Below are positions 49,091 to 62,482 of a DNA stretch of 64,000 nucleotides, piece by piece (positions within the stretch are counted from its first letter, which is position 1; each line of letters opens with the position of its first letter). This DNA is from Octopus bimaculoides. Taxonomy: Eukaryota. Made by a program: the position numbers and the translations under genes. Location: positions 96,982,039-97,046,038 of the forward strand of contig NC_068987.1 of assembly GCF_001194135.2 (NCBI RefSeq), given 5' to 3'. Below the pieces are notes generated by a model, which searched no databases, was not told the DNA's origin, and was given only the letters and a program-made list of their open reading frames with translations.

Positions 49091-50945
49091 TTATATGCGA
49101 ATTTATTTTCTGGCATGTCAGAATGTGCAGCTCCAGAACTGACACCAACATTTTAGACACTTTCTGGCTATAAAAGAAATGCATTCCATTAATTTTGAAA
49201 CACACCAGATATTTATATTAGCTGAGAATTCCCAGAAAAACAGCGATATCAGTATGTTCTTCCTCAGAGAAAGAAGAGAGAGGAAAAGCTAGTATCATTT
49301 TAGTTGGCTTTCGAGAGTTGTAACGCGTCATAAAGATGACATAGGAAAACAAAAAAAACAAAAACAAAAACAAAAAAAGCAAAAGGTCTTAGATATTAAA
49401 GAGAAGAGAACAGCATCTCATGTGTCGAGTGTGACCACACGAAACAGCATCTGTTCTTGAAGATGATCTACGAGACCTCCAGAAACGCTGGACGAACATA
49501 TACAATGACTAAGAGGAGAAGGAGTCATCATACATGGCTATGGTTTTCATAAACTTGAAAGTGATATCATTATTAAAAGGACGTGTAGCTTCTGTTGGCC
49601 ACTTGGCCGCTGCATGATATTACATTATATTAAAGGTTACGCGTTTGAAAAAAAAAAAAAAAAAAAAAAAGCAGAAGTCAGCTACAAAGCACCCGTTGAG
49701 CAAACTCGTAAGACCTGACAGAAAATGTCGATTACATCACACATCAAGAGAGACATATTGTGGCTCGCAGCTGCTCAAAAGTGTCATTAGGGTAATACTA
49801 TCCAATGCAACATGATTTTGCTATTAAAAACAATATATGCAAAAATTCGATCCTTACGTAAAGACTGTTCTGAGATAGCTATTGAAATTATTTCTCATGT
49901 TCAGTTTATTCAGAATTACCAACATAAGTAGTTTTGGTGGAACATTCCTATGAAAACTCCAGACAAATGTAAACACAAGAGGATTGATATAATTCTTTTT
50001 TCATTTTAGAAGGAAACGAAATATTATGTAGTTATAGATGTCAGCTGTTGAGAAGTAGAGAACATTTTATTCAAACTCAGTGAAGGAGATGATATTTCTG
50101 GCCAGCTGCTTTAAAACCTACAAATTCTCTACCTAGTTTATAAATTTACATTTGTGAGCATTAACATTGGCGTGCTTGGTTGTGTTACGAAATATTAAAT
50201 AGTCTAGGAAATCTGGGTGTTTTCAGGCGGAAAAAGAGACCGTTTAACACGCGCTCTGCAAATTCAATCTGTAATTCTTTACTGATGTTATTTACATTCC
50301 AAAGATGAAACTTTATTTCTACTTAGAAATCAACCCGTCTATATAAGAATTCATGAAATTAAAAAATCTACCTACCTACCTACCTACCTACCTGCCTATA
50401 CATACATACATACATACATACATACATACATACATACATACATACATACAAACTTACGTACGTACGTAGTGAAATAACATAAAATTTCGAAACTGGGAAC
50501 TTTGCCGGGAAGTCGATTTTCCCAGCTACTGCTTNNNNNNNNNNNNNNNNNNNNNNNNNNNNNNNNNNNNNNNNNNNNNNNNNNNNNNNNNNNNNNNNNN
50601 NNNNNNNNNNNNNNNNNNNNNNNNNNNNNNNNNNNNNNNNNNNNNNNNNNNNNNNNNNNNNNNNNNNNNNNNNNNNNNNNNNNNNNNNNNNNNNNNNNNN
50701 NNNNNNNNNNNNNNNNNNNNNNNNNNNNNNNNNNNNNNNNNNNNNNNNNNNNNNNNNNNNNNNNNNNNNNNNNNNNNNNNNNNNNNNNNNNNNNNNNNNN
50801 NNNNNNNNNNNNNNNNNNNNNNNNNNNNNNNNNNNNNNNNNNNNNNNNNNNNNNNNNNNNNNNNNNNNNNNNNNNNNNNNNNNNNNNNNNNNNNNNNNNN
50901 NNNNNNNNNNNNNNNNNNNNNNNNNNNNNNNNNNNNNNNNNNNNN

Positions 50946-51595
50946 GGTGTTAAAACTGCGACCTATGAGCTGTGTTTTCAACCTGGGGAAGATATGGAAG
51001 TCCGCAAGTGCTAAATCTAGTGAATAGAGCGAATGCAGACGCGATAGCATCGAGAAACTCATGAGAAACTCTTCGCTCTCCACAGATCCGATCGCTTTCA
51101 CCGAATGTCCTCCCTCAAACGCTTCAAAACATTGCAGTAAAACTCTCGATTGACGGTCTGGACCTGGGGGGGGGGCGAATTTTCGATGAACAGTACTACA
51201 TTTCCGGGGGTGACGCTCGTGGCAGGTCTTCCAGGGACGTCCTTCAGCTTTTGAAACACCCGTGCCACTCGAAACATTGCGTACGACCCACTGCATCATC
51301 ACTGTAAGCTTGCCGAAGCATGTTCCATGTCTCTGTAGCAGACTTCCTAAGTTTAGCGCAAAATTTCACGTTGGCTCTTCACTCCAACTGCCTGTCCATG
51401 ACAAAAATCGCAGACTACAGCATACACGTGATCCCCAAACACAAATTTCACAAATTGCGAAGTAAACACAGCGATGTTACTCAGCACACTACCTCATGGA
51501 AGTCACTGCTAGCTCTCACTGCGCACTCAACCATGTGCTGCCATCTGTTGGCGCTCTACAGAACTAGTCCGGGAACTTTTTGATATCACCTCGTA
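50946..51595 (-). mobile_element. Internally deleted mariner element; far end lost in gap
   Basis: TIR TACGAGGTGATATCAAAAAGTTCCCGGACTAG with terminal TA; RANVKFCAKLRKSATETWNMLRQAY..CFEWH; LYSLDLALADFHIFPRLK (YSPDL motif). Confidence 0.9.
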
Positions 51596-51849
51596 TAATA
51601 AATAATATTTATTTCTCAGTGGATGAAGTACTTTTTGTCGATCTTACCTGTTGATGGAACAGTAAACTATATATATAAACATCAAATGGCTATGGAAGAC
51701 CCCTCTCCCAAGCAAAATAGGAACAAAAGGGCCCCATAGGTAAAGAATAGATGGGAACCACGGAAGTAAATCATCGGCTTCGAACATGCCAACTCCGCTA
51801 CATGCGCTAAGCATTCTTTCTTCCGTTTCTTCGGCTAAACCTATAAATG

Positions 51850-52485
51850 TATCTTTTATCTTCTACTTGCAACCATGCTGGAGTACTGACTTGCAGTGCT
51901 TTGTCGAATAAATCGACCTCAGTAATTATCTTTTTAAGTCTAGTACTTATTCTAAGGGTGGAGGCACATGGCCTAGTGGTTATAGCAGCAGACTCGCAGT
52001 CGATGGATCGCGGGTTCGAATCTCAGACCGGGCGATGTGTGTGTTTATGAGCGAAACGCTTAAGCTCCACGCGGCTCCGGCAGAAGGTAATGGCGAACTT
52101 CTGCTGACTCTTTCGCCACAACTTTCTCTTACTCTTTCCTCCTGCATCTAGTAGCTCACCTGCGACGACCCGGCGTCCCGTCCAGGTGGGGAACCTATAC
52201 GCCAAGGAAACCGGCCCTTATGAACATGGCTCGAGAAGAAACACACTTATTCTAAGGGTATGTTTTGTCGAAGGTTGAAGGAATGTAAACAAACCGACAC
52301 TGGTTGTGAAGCGATGGTGGGGGGAACACACACGCTCAAACGCAAAAACAAATACGCACCCGCGCGCGCGCACGCACTACTAAATCCGGTGACAAGGCGC
52401 TGGTGGGCCGGAGGCTATACTAGAAGATACTTGACCAAGGTAGTACGCAGTACGACTGAACTCGAAACCATGTGATTACCTATGT
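51850..52485 (-). mobile_element. SINE family B, degenerate, split by a family C-headed SINE
   Basis: Tail at 51850-51955; body and head at 52260-52485. Confidence 0.65.
51960..52244 (+). mobile_element. SINE with family C tRNA head but a different 3' module; 15-bp TSD
   Basis: TSD ACTTATTCTAAGGGT at 51945-51959 and 52245-52259; 3' part CCTGCGACGACCCGGCGTCCCGTCCAGG..GGAAACCGGCCC absent from family C copies. Confidence 0.85.
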
Positions 52486-52855
52486 TTATACATCTATGCA
52501 CATACACATATATGCATGCATATATACATACATGCATGCTTACATGCATACATACATACATACAGACCTTAAAGTAGACAGATACAAGTACGCACACGCG
52601 TGAACACACACACACGCGTGAACATACACACGCTTCCTCATATACAGACTGGTGTCTCTGAGATGAGCAGACTAGTTTAAGCCCTTAACAGACATGCGTC
52701 CATCCAGCCAAATTTCTTCAGTTCTGGCTCCTTATACATCAACTTATCCGAAACCTTCCCAAGCTCATGATATAAAAAAAAAAAAGAAATCCAGTAGTAA
52801 TAAACATATTTATATGGCTTCATACTGGTGTACATATGTATACATTTAATCAATT

Positions 52856-52915
52856 AAAATAAGAGGAATGACCCGCATATAGGAGTCCACTTTTGCTGGT
52901 CATTCCTCTTATTTT
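52856..52915. repeat. 60-bp hairpin with perfect 18-bp arms
   Basis: AAAATAAGAGGAATGACC / GGTCATTCCTCTTATTTT. Confidence 0.85.
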
Positions 52916-52949
<34 letters not shown>

Positions 52950-53738
52950 TGTGTGTGTCCGTTATAAGTGANNNNNNNNNNNNNNNNNNNNNNNNNNNNN
53001 NNNNNNNNNNNNNNNNNNNNNNNNNNNNNNNNNNNNNNNNNNNNNNNNNNNNNNNNNNNNNNNNNNNNNNNNNNNNNNNNNNNNNNNNNNNNNNNNNNNN
53101 NNNNNNNNNNNNNNNNNNNNNNNNNNNNNNNNNNNNNNNNNNNNNNNNNNNNNNNNNNNNNNNNNNNNNNNNNNNNNNNNNNNNNNNNNNNNNNNNNNNN
53201 NNNNNNNNNNNNNNNNNNNNNNNNNNNNNNNNNNNNNNNNNNNNNNNNNNNNNNNNNNNNNNNNNNNNNNNNNNNNNNNNNNNNNNNNNNNNNNNNNNNN
53301 NNNNNNNNNNNNNNNNNNNNNNNNNNNNNNNNNNNNNNNNNNNNNNNNNNNNNNNNNNNNNNNNNNNNNNNNNNNNNNNNNNNNNNNNNNNNNNNNNNNN
53401 NNNNNNNNNNNNNNNNNNNNNNNNNNNNNNNTATATATATGTCCATTTTTTCCTGTCTTGGTTTGTGTTTGCCACCTTGGAATCCTCTGTGTAGTGGGTT
53501 GATCCACTACTCAGGAAGAGACTATTCTAGAGTACGTCCTGTCTGGTCTTCGAAACGTCTAGATAGAATAGAGACAGCTGATGAAGGGATATTCCAAGGT
53601 GCTTTCCGTTTTCCTATGTGTTCGTTCCGTTGTCTGTAGTTTATTGTTCTAACGTCCTGTACCCTGATATGCATGTATATACACATGTAGATGTAAGTAT
53701 GTACATATATGTGTGTATACATGTATATATATTCTTTG

Positions 53739-53773
<35 letters not shown>

Positions 53774-54384
53774 TGTGTGTGTCCGTTATAAGTGATGGGC
53801 GCAGTATTAGTTAAAGATAGTAATCTGTACATTATACTTAAAGTAGTTATATAAAGCTGACTAAACTGTGGTATTCGTCTCGAAAAAGTATCTCATATAG
53901 ATACATTGTGTTAAAAAGCAGAAATAGTCCAGATGACGAAACAGTCCAGCAGCGGTGGTGGAATTGGTAAATGTGTATTTCTATGTCATTGAGCTTCGTC
54001 AGTAGTAAATATCTACTGGTACTGCAAGCTAGGAGAATATTGTCTGCTACTGATATAATTAAATACTGACTGATTAATCACTGGTGTCGCACTTAGCCAG
54101 TAGGCTGGATAAAAATTCATTATTAGTGACGCAAATAAAGCGATCTGCACATCATACATACAGTAGATATATCGTTGAAATCCAGCTAAAATGCTGTATT
54201 CGTCACGAGGAAGCATCTCAAATGTTAAAAAGCACAAAAATATATCATTAGCAAACGAAAATCATAATCAATGGATACAATGTAAAAATTGTAATTAATA
54301 ATTATAACATAGATGATAATAATTCTGTATAACTAGTAAACAAAATAAACGAAAGAAATTAGCACCAGTAATTTTCATCCTGAA

Positions 54385-54434
<50 letters not shown>

Positions 54435-54456
54435 CAACAATAACAATAATAATAAT

Positions 54457-54653
54457 GATTTCAAATTTTGACAGAAGGCCAGCAATTTCGGGGGATGGGT
54501 AAGTCGGTTCAACTGGTACTTATTTTATCAACTCCGAAAGGATGAAAGACAAAGTCGATCCCGGTAGATTTTGAACTCAGAACGTCTAGACGGACGAAAT
54601 GCCGCTTTGTGTTTCGCCCGGCGTGCTAACGATTCTGCCAGCTCACCGCCTTC

Positions 54654-54691
<38 letters not shown>

Positions 54692-55222
54692 TAATAATAA
54701 CAATAATAATAATAACAATAATAATAATAATGCACATTCGATCTATGTATGTAGTGATATTAGAAAATCTAATATGGCAGCGAGCCGGCAAAATCGTTAA
54801 CAAAAAGCTTAGAGAACGAAATGCTTAGCGGCATTTCGTCCGTCATTACGTTTTGAGTTCAAATTCCGCCAAGAAGGACTCTACTTTTCATCCTTTCGAG
54901 GTTGATAAAATAAGTAACAGCTGAACAGTGGGATCGATGCAGTCGACTTATCCCCTCTCTCGAAATTGCTGGTCTTGTGTCAAAATTCGAAACCGATATT
55001 AGAAAATTTAATAAAGGGGTGAGCTAGCAAAATTGTTTGCACGCCTGACAAAATGTTTAGAAGCATTTCGTCCGTTTTGACATTCTGAGTTCCAATTTTG
55101 CCAAGGTCGACTTTGCTTTTCATTCTTTCAGAGTCGATAAAAGAAGTACTACTTCAACACTGGGATTGATGTAATCAACTTACCCCCGAAATTTCTAGCC
55201 TTGCGCCAAAATTTGAAACCAT
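54457..55222. mobile_element. SINE family A cluster (54457-54652 -, 54776-54996 +, 55017-55222 +)
   Basis: Head/core motifs; (AAT)n between copies. Confidence 0.8.
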
Positions 55223-56967
55223 TATTAGAAAACCTAATAAAGAATGTGAAATAAGAACTGAATAGAAATTAACGTAAGTAGTAGCAACAGTAGCAATAGA
55301 GTAAGAACGAAGGATAAATATAAAATTTCAAACCTATACAAACGGGCGTAAATTTGGCAAAATATTACTTCAAACTGTAACTGTAGAAAGACTTCCACTC
55401 GTCTTCTTAGAGGCAGCTGTTTCCTACGTAACGTCATCTACAGATGAAGTGTCATTGCAACAAAGGATAACCGTTATGACATAGGATCTGCTTGTAAATC
55501 TTTTAAATATCGTTAACCCGCAGCTTTAGGAATAAAGGTTTATGTAATTCAACTAAACTAGCTAAATGTATCTTTAATCTTATGTCTTCGAATGTAAACA
55601 AAACGCTACACTAGAACGTCATAGCAAGAGTCTCCTCTTACACTGGAAACACGAAAGAATTCAAATTATGGTCTACTTATTCGCCGAATATTTGATTAAA
55701 TAACAATAAATTATGTAACCTAAAACAAAGATGCTTTTTCTCTTGCAGACATAAACATTTTTAAGTCATTTAAATTTTATAAACATAATTCTATACATTT
55801 AAGATAGTAGATAATAGTCGAGTTCATTGTTTTAGTTGAGTCAAAATAATTATACTATATGAACATAAAATGTTGAAATAATGATGGTATAAAATTACTC
55901 TACCCTCACTATATAAAAAATAATTCATATAATTATAAATTTCTTTATTTGTATCCATCCATCCATCCAACCATCCATCCGTCCGTCCGTCCGTCCGTCC
56001 GTCTGTCTGTATGTATGCAGATCGAAGAACAAAACAAAGTAAAAAACTCAACAAAAGTCAGAAAAAGTTTTTGATGGAAGAGATAGGATTAGACAAGACG
56101 TTTCGAGTATGCTTCTTTATCGGATAGAGGAAAAAGTCCAGAGAAGAGTTAAACTCTACCTTATTAGCTAGAGCGATATATGACCAAGAATACATAACAT
56201 TTAAATTAATGACCAAATCCTTTAAATTTATTTAAAACGGGAGTGATAATTGGTTCATAATCATTTTTTTCTATTCGAGTCGGGTGCTTCCGTATACGAT
56301 TGTCATCTATGAAGAGATAAATATGAACTCAATGTATGTGTATGTAGGCGCGTATTGTAACTTGCACTATTATTCCTTTTATGTGTAGATGTGTATGTTT
56401 CGAAGAACTGATATATACATATTTGGTTAGTAGTAAATATATATAGAAGAAATTATATATACGTATATGTTTGTGTGTGAGCGTGATTGTGTGTACGAGT
56501 GAGTAGGTAGGCATGGCTGTTTCTCACAAACCAAATTCCAGACAGCTTCTACTAGCGGTGATAGCACAAACCGTTTATCATTGTTAACTTAGATTTTTCC
56601 TTGATCTGTGGCCTTCCCTTTTTCTTCAGACATTCTGATTACAGTTATTTTTCTTTCTATTTTCATTTCACTACTACAATAAAAATACTAACCTTCTTTT
56701 CTTTACTGCTATATAAAGAGTGTTCTCAGCAGCTCATATATGGGTCTAATTTAGCACTATCAACCAAGTGATGTTGGTAAATAGTAAATGATTAAATTAT
56801 TATTTTCTTCTGAATATCTGGTGTTTCCATGTGATAATGCAATCATCTGCATAACGATTATTGCTCAACGTACTAGTATTCGCTAGGGAAACACATGTAA
56901 TAATTATATAATTTATGATGTTCTAATGAAAAGATAAAAAAGTAACTCGCCTGTTATATTCTGTTCT

Positions 56968-57032
<65 letters not shown>

Positions 57033-57129
57033 GCTTGAAAGGCGGGGCACAACCTATGTGTCTTTCAAAAACTCCGAGACTGGGTCGGGGAAACGTGTAT
57101 TAAAAGCTACAAGTGGGGGCAGAGGCAGG

Positions 57130-57165
57130 ATGTTTGCGACAGATTGGACTCTGCTAAAGGCACCG
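57130..57165 (+). CDS. Weak candidate first coding exon (MFATDWTLLKAP)
   Basis: GC-rich unique island 57030-57230 with a GGCGGGGC box, ATG at 57130 and strong donor CCG|GTGAGC. Confidence 0.2.
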
Positions 57166-57639
57166 GTGAGCCAAGTGATAGTATTAAACCAGATGGCGGA
57201 TTTACAAGACATAGTGCCCGCACGCGTGCGCGCATACAGACAGACCGACACACACACACGATCATGCACACAATTACACGCACTAACATAAATACACAAT
57301 CACTCATTTATGCCCGCAATCGTGTACGCACATACACAATCATACATACCTGAGTATACATACAGCCTCGAACCAATAAAGGGTCACTGATATTGTTGTT
57401 GTTGCTGTTATTTAGCATTAGGGATTCCAAGAGAAAGTTTACAAGGTACGGTAAGACTATTTTCAGGTTTCGAGTTTTGATAATCTTCTCAAACTTGGAA
57501 GTATGGAGAATTGCGAATTTCTATTTTTTTCTTTTTTTGACGGAATGAAGTGCCTTGCTCAAGGATTCAGCACGTGCCCGGTCTAGGAATCTTTTATTCC
57601 CTCTTCATTTGTATTGATATCCAAATGTTCTAATAAAAT

Positions 57640-57856
57640 TATTTTTTTCTACTCTAGGCTCAAGGCCCGAAATTTTTGCGGAGGGGGCTAGTCGACTAGA
57701 TCGACCTCAGTTCGCAACTGGTACTTAATTTATCGATCCCGAAAGGATGAAAGGCAAAGTCGACCTCGGCGGAATTTGATCTCAGAACATAAAGACAGAC
57801 GAAATACTGCTAAGCATTTCGCCCGGCGTGCTAACGTTTCTGCCAGCTCACCGCCT
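57640..57856 (-). mobile_element. SINE family A, full length
   Basis: Near-consensus. Confidence 0.88.
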
Positions 57857-58318
57857 CGTAAAATATGCATATTGACATTTCTTCCGGTTCTTTACGTTCT
57901 AAGGTCAAATGTGCATTTCACCCTTTCGGGAATCGATAAAATAAGTACGAATGAAGTAAAAGAGTCGATGTACTCTCAAAAAAAAAAAAAAAAGCAAAAA
58001 ACATAAAATACTCTGGCCATTGTAGAACGGGATAGTCACGGTTGGAACATCTTTGATCATTTATCCGCTACATTAGGGCTGGTCTAAGGTTAAGCAAGCC
58101 ACACGCGCCCTTACCAGACACGAAACACGAAACTATACACAAAAGGCACATAAGAACACTACCACTTATACACTTGTATGCATATGTATATTCACACACA
58201 TGCCCATAGAATTATACATACATGCATGCACTAATTTATACACACGTTAACACGATCACTAAAACACGTTCCTATACACGTATACACAGAAAACACGCTC
58301 ACTTGGAAATACAAACAT

Positions 58319-58369
<51 letters not shown>

Positions 58370-58679
58370 TATGTCCATACATATATGTACATACCTACAT
58401 ATATATATTACACGTTACAATGAAGTAGAGAAATTTGAAAAGACAACACGAAACCGGTTGTTTCTCAAAATACAATGTTTATATACCAAAAGAATTTTCT
58501 AACATTTTTCTAACATTTTTCTGACATAATTTAAATATATACTTTAACCATGTAATACAAGCCTTCTGTAGTTTTTTCACTCTTATTATCTTTTATATAT
58601 ATATCTATATATATATATATATACATGCATATATGGGTACAGGACATCAAAAAAACGTTGAACACAATGAGAAACGAAA

Positions 58680-58800
58680 ACATGACGAACTTCTTTCAGT
58701 TTCCGTCTACCAAATCTATAGTAGAAGACACTTCCCCAAGGGGACTGAACCCGGAACCATGTGGTTGGGAAGCAAGCTTCTTACCACACAACCACACCTG

Positions 58801-58805
<5 letters not shown>
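58680..58805 (-). mobile_element. SINE family B head with internal deletions
   Basis: Reverse complement of GTGTGGTAAGAAGCTTGCTTCCCAACCACATGGTTCCGGGTTCAGTCCC. Confidence 0.75.
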
Positions 58806-58873
<68 letters not shown>

Positions 58874-59091
58874 GTATGTATATATGAAGTTACATGCATA
58901 CATATATATGATGAACATATACAAATATAAAGAAAAATAGGGTACAAAAACATGCGTTGATGCATATAAGCGTGTTTCACGAGTGTATAGTTCGACATTC
59001 TAGTGTCTGTGTGTGTGTGTACATGTATATAAATGTGTGTATTTGCATGTGTATGTGGATGTTTATGTATGCATGTATATGTATGTTATTT

Positions 59092-59317
59092 CTTTACTAC
59101 CCACAAGGGGCTACACACAGAGGGGACAAACAAGGACAGACAAACGGATTAAATCGATTATATCGACCCCAGTGCGTAACTGGTACTTATTTAATCGACC
59201 CCGAAAGGATGAAAGGCAAAGTCGACCTCGGCGGAATTTGAACTCAGAACGTAGCGGGCAGACGAAATACCGCTAAGCATTTCGCCCGGCGTGCTAACGT
59301 TTCTGCCAGCTCGCCGT
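59092..59317 (-). mobile_element. SINE family A, long-tail variant
   Basis: Same extra tail (TGTCCTTGTTTGTCCCCTCTGTGT.TAGCCCCTTGTGGG) as 27113 and 63582. Confidence 0.88.
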
Positions 59318-59478
59318 CTATGCATGTATATGTGTGTGCGTGCGTGCGTGAGTGCGTGTAAGGATGTTTTATGTAAACAGGAAATATAAGATTCCTAAAA
59401 GTGGGAAATAGGAAATTAATGATCAGTGACCACCTACACATACAAAATAGCATGCATAAACACTCACACATACAGTTG

Positions 59479-59579
<101 letters not shown>

Positions 59580-59860
59580 ACACACACAGACAAATACACA
59601 TAGAGTACATATGTAGAGTCTAGGTTTCAGACAAAAACTTACACACACACACACACACACACATACATATGTGAGTGTATGTGAGTGCTATCAGTGTATA
59701 CATATTTCTGTATGGATGCGTATCTGTGTGTGTATGTGTTTGCGTATGTATATGTGTTTGTATGTATATGTTCATATGTATGTGCGTACACATACACACA
59801 CACACACATATATATATATAGATATACATACATATATACATGTGTGCATACATACATACA

Positions 59861-59891
<31 letters not shown>

Positions 59892-59892
<1 letters not shown>

Positions 59893-60400
59893 GGGATGGC
59901 TGTAAAGTTAAGAAGTTCACTTCGTAACCACACTGTTTCGGGTTCAATCCCAGTGCACGGCACCTTTGACAAGCGTTTCCTGCTGTAGCAACTGTCTGAC
60001 CAATACTTTGTGAATGAATTTGGTAGACGTCAACTCGGCACTTAGTAACGGCGCATGGCTTAGTTGTTAGAGTCTTAGCGTCACGAACATAGGGTCATGA
60101 TTTCGATTCCTGTGTCGGGCAGAAGTTGCTTTTTTTTTTTTTATTAAGCAAAACACCTCATTTCACGTTGCCCCCGTCTACGCAGTTGAAGATGTGGACT
60201 TCTATCTTATCCATCTGCCACATCCTCGATTTTTGCCACTGGGTTAAGAGTGCAGTTCACTGAATGGATGTCTATGTCTGCTCGCAATTACATAAGCACT
60301 TAAAACAATTAGCGAAAGCCCGGTACAAATTGCCGGGTGATTCTAGCATGCAAGTGACACTTGTAAACTATATCCAAGAATTGAATAATGCTGATTATCA
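59892..60400 (+). mobile_element. Family B head (59892-60035) followed by another degenerate tRNA-headed SINE
   Basis: A/B-box-like motifs; tail ATTAGCGAA.GC..GGTACAA..GCAAGTGACA shared with 26300-26390. Confidence 0.55.
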
Positions 60401-60457
60401 GTACCAACATTTATGGCTGAGGGAAAAAGAACTCAAGAGGAGTGCCTTGCACGCTAA

Positions 60458-60491
<34 letters not shown>

Positions 60492-60583
60492 TGTTAGTAA
60501 CGGTAGTTCTCGAAGCTATAAATAACAATGTGTAAATATTGAATTAAAAAGCCCCTTCGACAGAAAAAGCCGAAGGTCTAAAC

Positions 60584-61349
60584 CAGGGGTTTTCAACCAT
60601 TTTTATCTATGGATCCCTTTGGTTACTATTATACTCTGGTGGATTACCATAGATCTTCGATGTTTAAAAACTAGTTTCATAGAAACTTCTTTCTATTTTG
60701 TTTTTCACAGTCCGCCCTTGAGTATAATACGCAGGGGATTTTTAGGGGGCTGTACCTCTGAAAAACCCAAACCTTGTGTATAATACGCACCCCTTCTCTA
60801 ACTTGAGTTAAGGAGGTCTATATAACGTCCTTGGTTTGTAAACCTATATACGGTAACGTCCTTTATTATTATTGTATATATAACATAATGCAAACGTATA
60901 GCTTTTTTGTGCACTTTGTTTGCAGAAAATAAAGAAATAACAGTAATAACGTCAGTGAAAAATAAATATAGCTTAAGGTATTAGCTTAAGGTACTTTTGC
61001 GCCCGACAACACAAAATGTGTTTGAATAAACATTGCCGGACAGCAAATAGAGACTCGGACATTGCTTAGAAAATAGTTTTCATTTTTAACCTCGTATATA
61101 GTACGCACTAGGGATTTTGACCTTTAAATTTTGGGGAAAAAATGCGGATTATACTCGAGGATTTACGGTATGTAAAATGTTTGAGGAAGAAACCTTGCTG
61201 TTTCTTGCAATATATACACCTAATGCAAATTTTTTTCCAAGGCCCTTAAAATACTGCTGTGGACCCCCAGTTTATTAGTTTGTTGTGTGGATCCCCAAAA
61301 TCTTATATGGACCCTCAGGGACCATATGGTCCCCAGCTGAGAACCACTG
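60584..61349. mobile_element. hAT-type MITE with 8-bp TSD, carrying a nested MITE
   Basis: TIRs CAGGGGTTTTCAACC / GCTGAGAACCACTG; TSD GTCTAAAC (60576-60583) and GTCTAAAT (61350-61357). Confidence 0.85.
60708..61168. mobile_element. Nested Tc1/mariner-superfamily MITE (Tc2-like TIRs)
   Basis: C.GT....CCTTGAGTATAATACGCA / TGCGGATTATACTCGAGGATTTACGG followed by TA. Confidence 0.7.
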
Positions 61350-61587
61350 GTCTAAATCATTGGTCCTTAACCGGGGTCCATATGAAATGTTGTTGTTTGA
61401 ATTTATGTGCAATAAATTGTTTATACTTCCACAATACACAAAATATATTTTATCTTTTTTTTTTTTTACCTGTTTCAGTTATTTGACTGTGACTATACTA
61501 GGGCACCGCCTTGAAGGGTTTTACTCTTTTGTCGAACCGCTATGTTACGAGAACGTAAACACCGGTGAATGTATGTATGTATGTATG

Positions 61588-61770
61588 TTCTCTTTCTTTT
61601 TCTCTTATTAAGAGTAAATTTTGACCTGCTACCTACTTGGTAGCAAGGTTGTGAAGGAAAGCATCTTGTTTTGTTCATCATCCTTTAAAACCTAAGGAGG
61701 TCTTACAGATGTTTCTATCCCAGACATCGCGATCATGTGTAAAGTATAAATTAAGGATTCGCATGGATTT
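61588..61770 (-). mobile_element. RLE LINE, (CATA)n-associated lineage, copy D (short 3' end)
   Basis: MIAMSGI..ICKTSLGFKG* and 3'UTR CTTTCCTTCACA.CCTTGCT homologous to copy C; (TATG)n at 3' and (TACG/TATG)n at 5' junction. Confidence 0.82.
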
Positions 61771-61806
61771 GTACGTACGTACGTACGTACATACGTACGT
61801 ACGTAC

Positions 61807-61837
<31 letters not shown>

Positions 61838-61886
61838 TGTATGTCCGCAAAAATCAAAGGCATATGTAGATATAATAATAACGATG

Positions 61887-61951
<65 letters not shown>

Positions 61952-61954
61952 TAT

Positions 61955-62417
61955 AAATGCTCAGATGCAGTACCAGGCACCGGCTCTCATGGCTTGTGAT
62001 CTTAATTGATTGGAAGTGTTATCATGTACATTGTTTTGTCTTGGTATAAAAGATGGGCTACAACAAATATTCTGCTCAATACCACAGATTTTCTTGTCAG
62101 TTGTTTGACCTTAACCAGTTGAGCATGTCCCTTGGTGGCTGACGATATGTGCATCTCTGATCATGAGCAGAAGCAGTGGGGGAGCATCATAGCCATGTGC
62201 TGAGAGGAATTCTTTGGGGTTTGAATAATTCACTTTTGGAAACACGGGTGTTTTGCTCAACATCCTTAAACAAACNNNNNNNNNNCATGTCGCGCACATA
62301 TGGTTGTGATGCATGTGCCTGGTGTACTCTTATCAGACGGGTAGTCATTATGGGTATACTGGGCTTCGTATATTTTACCCCAGTGTCACTTTGATGGCAT
62401 GCAGTGCCCTCTCACTC
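61955..62417 (+). mobile_element. ~570-bp (TAA)n-embedded element, copy 5 (middle collapsed at small gap)
   Basis: Both termini match copy 4; (AAT)n on both flanks. Confidence 0.88.

Positions 62418-62482
<65 letters not shown>

Noticed and set aside
56095-56130. Minus-strand ...CTCGAAACGTC motif
   Set aside because: Core too degenerate; at most a Penelope-type remnant.
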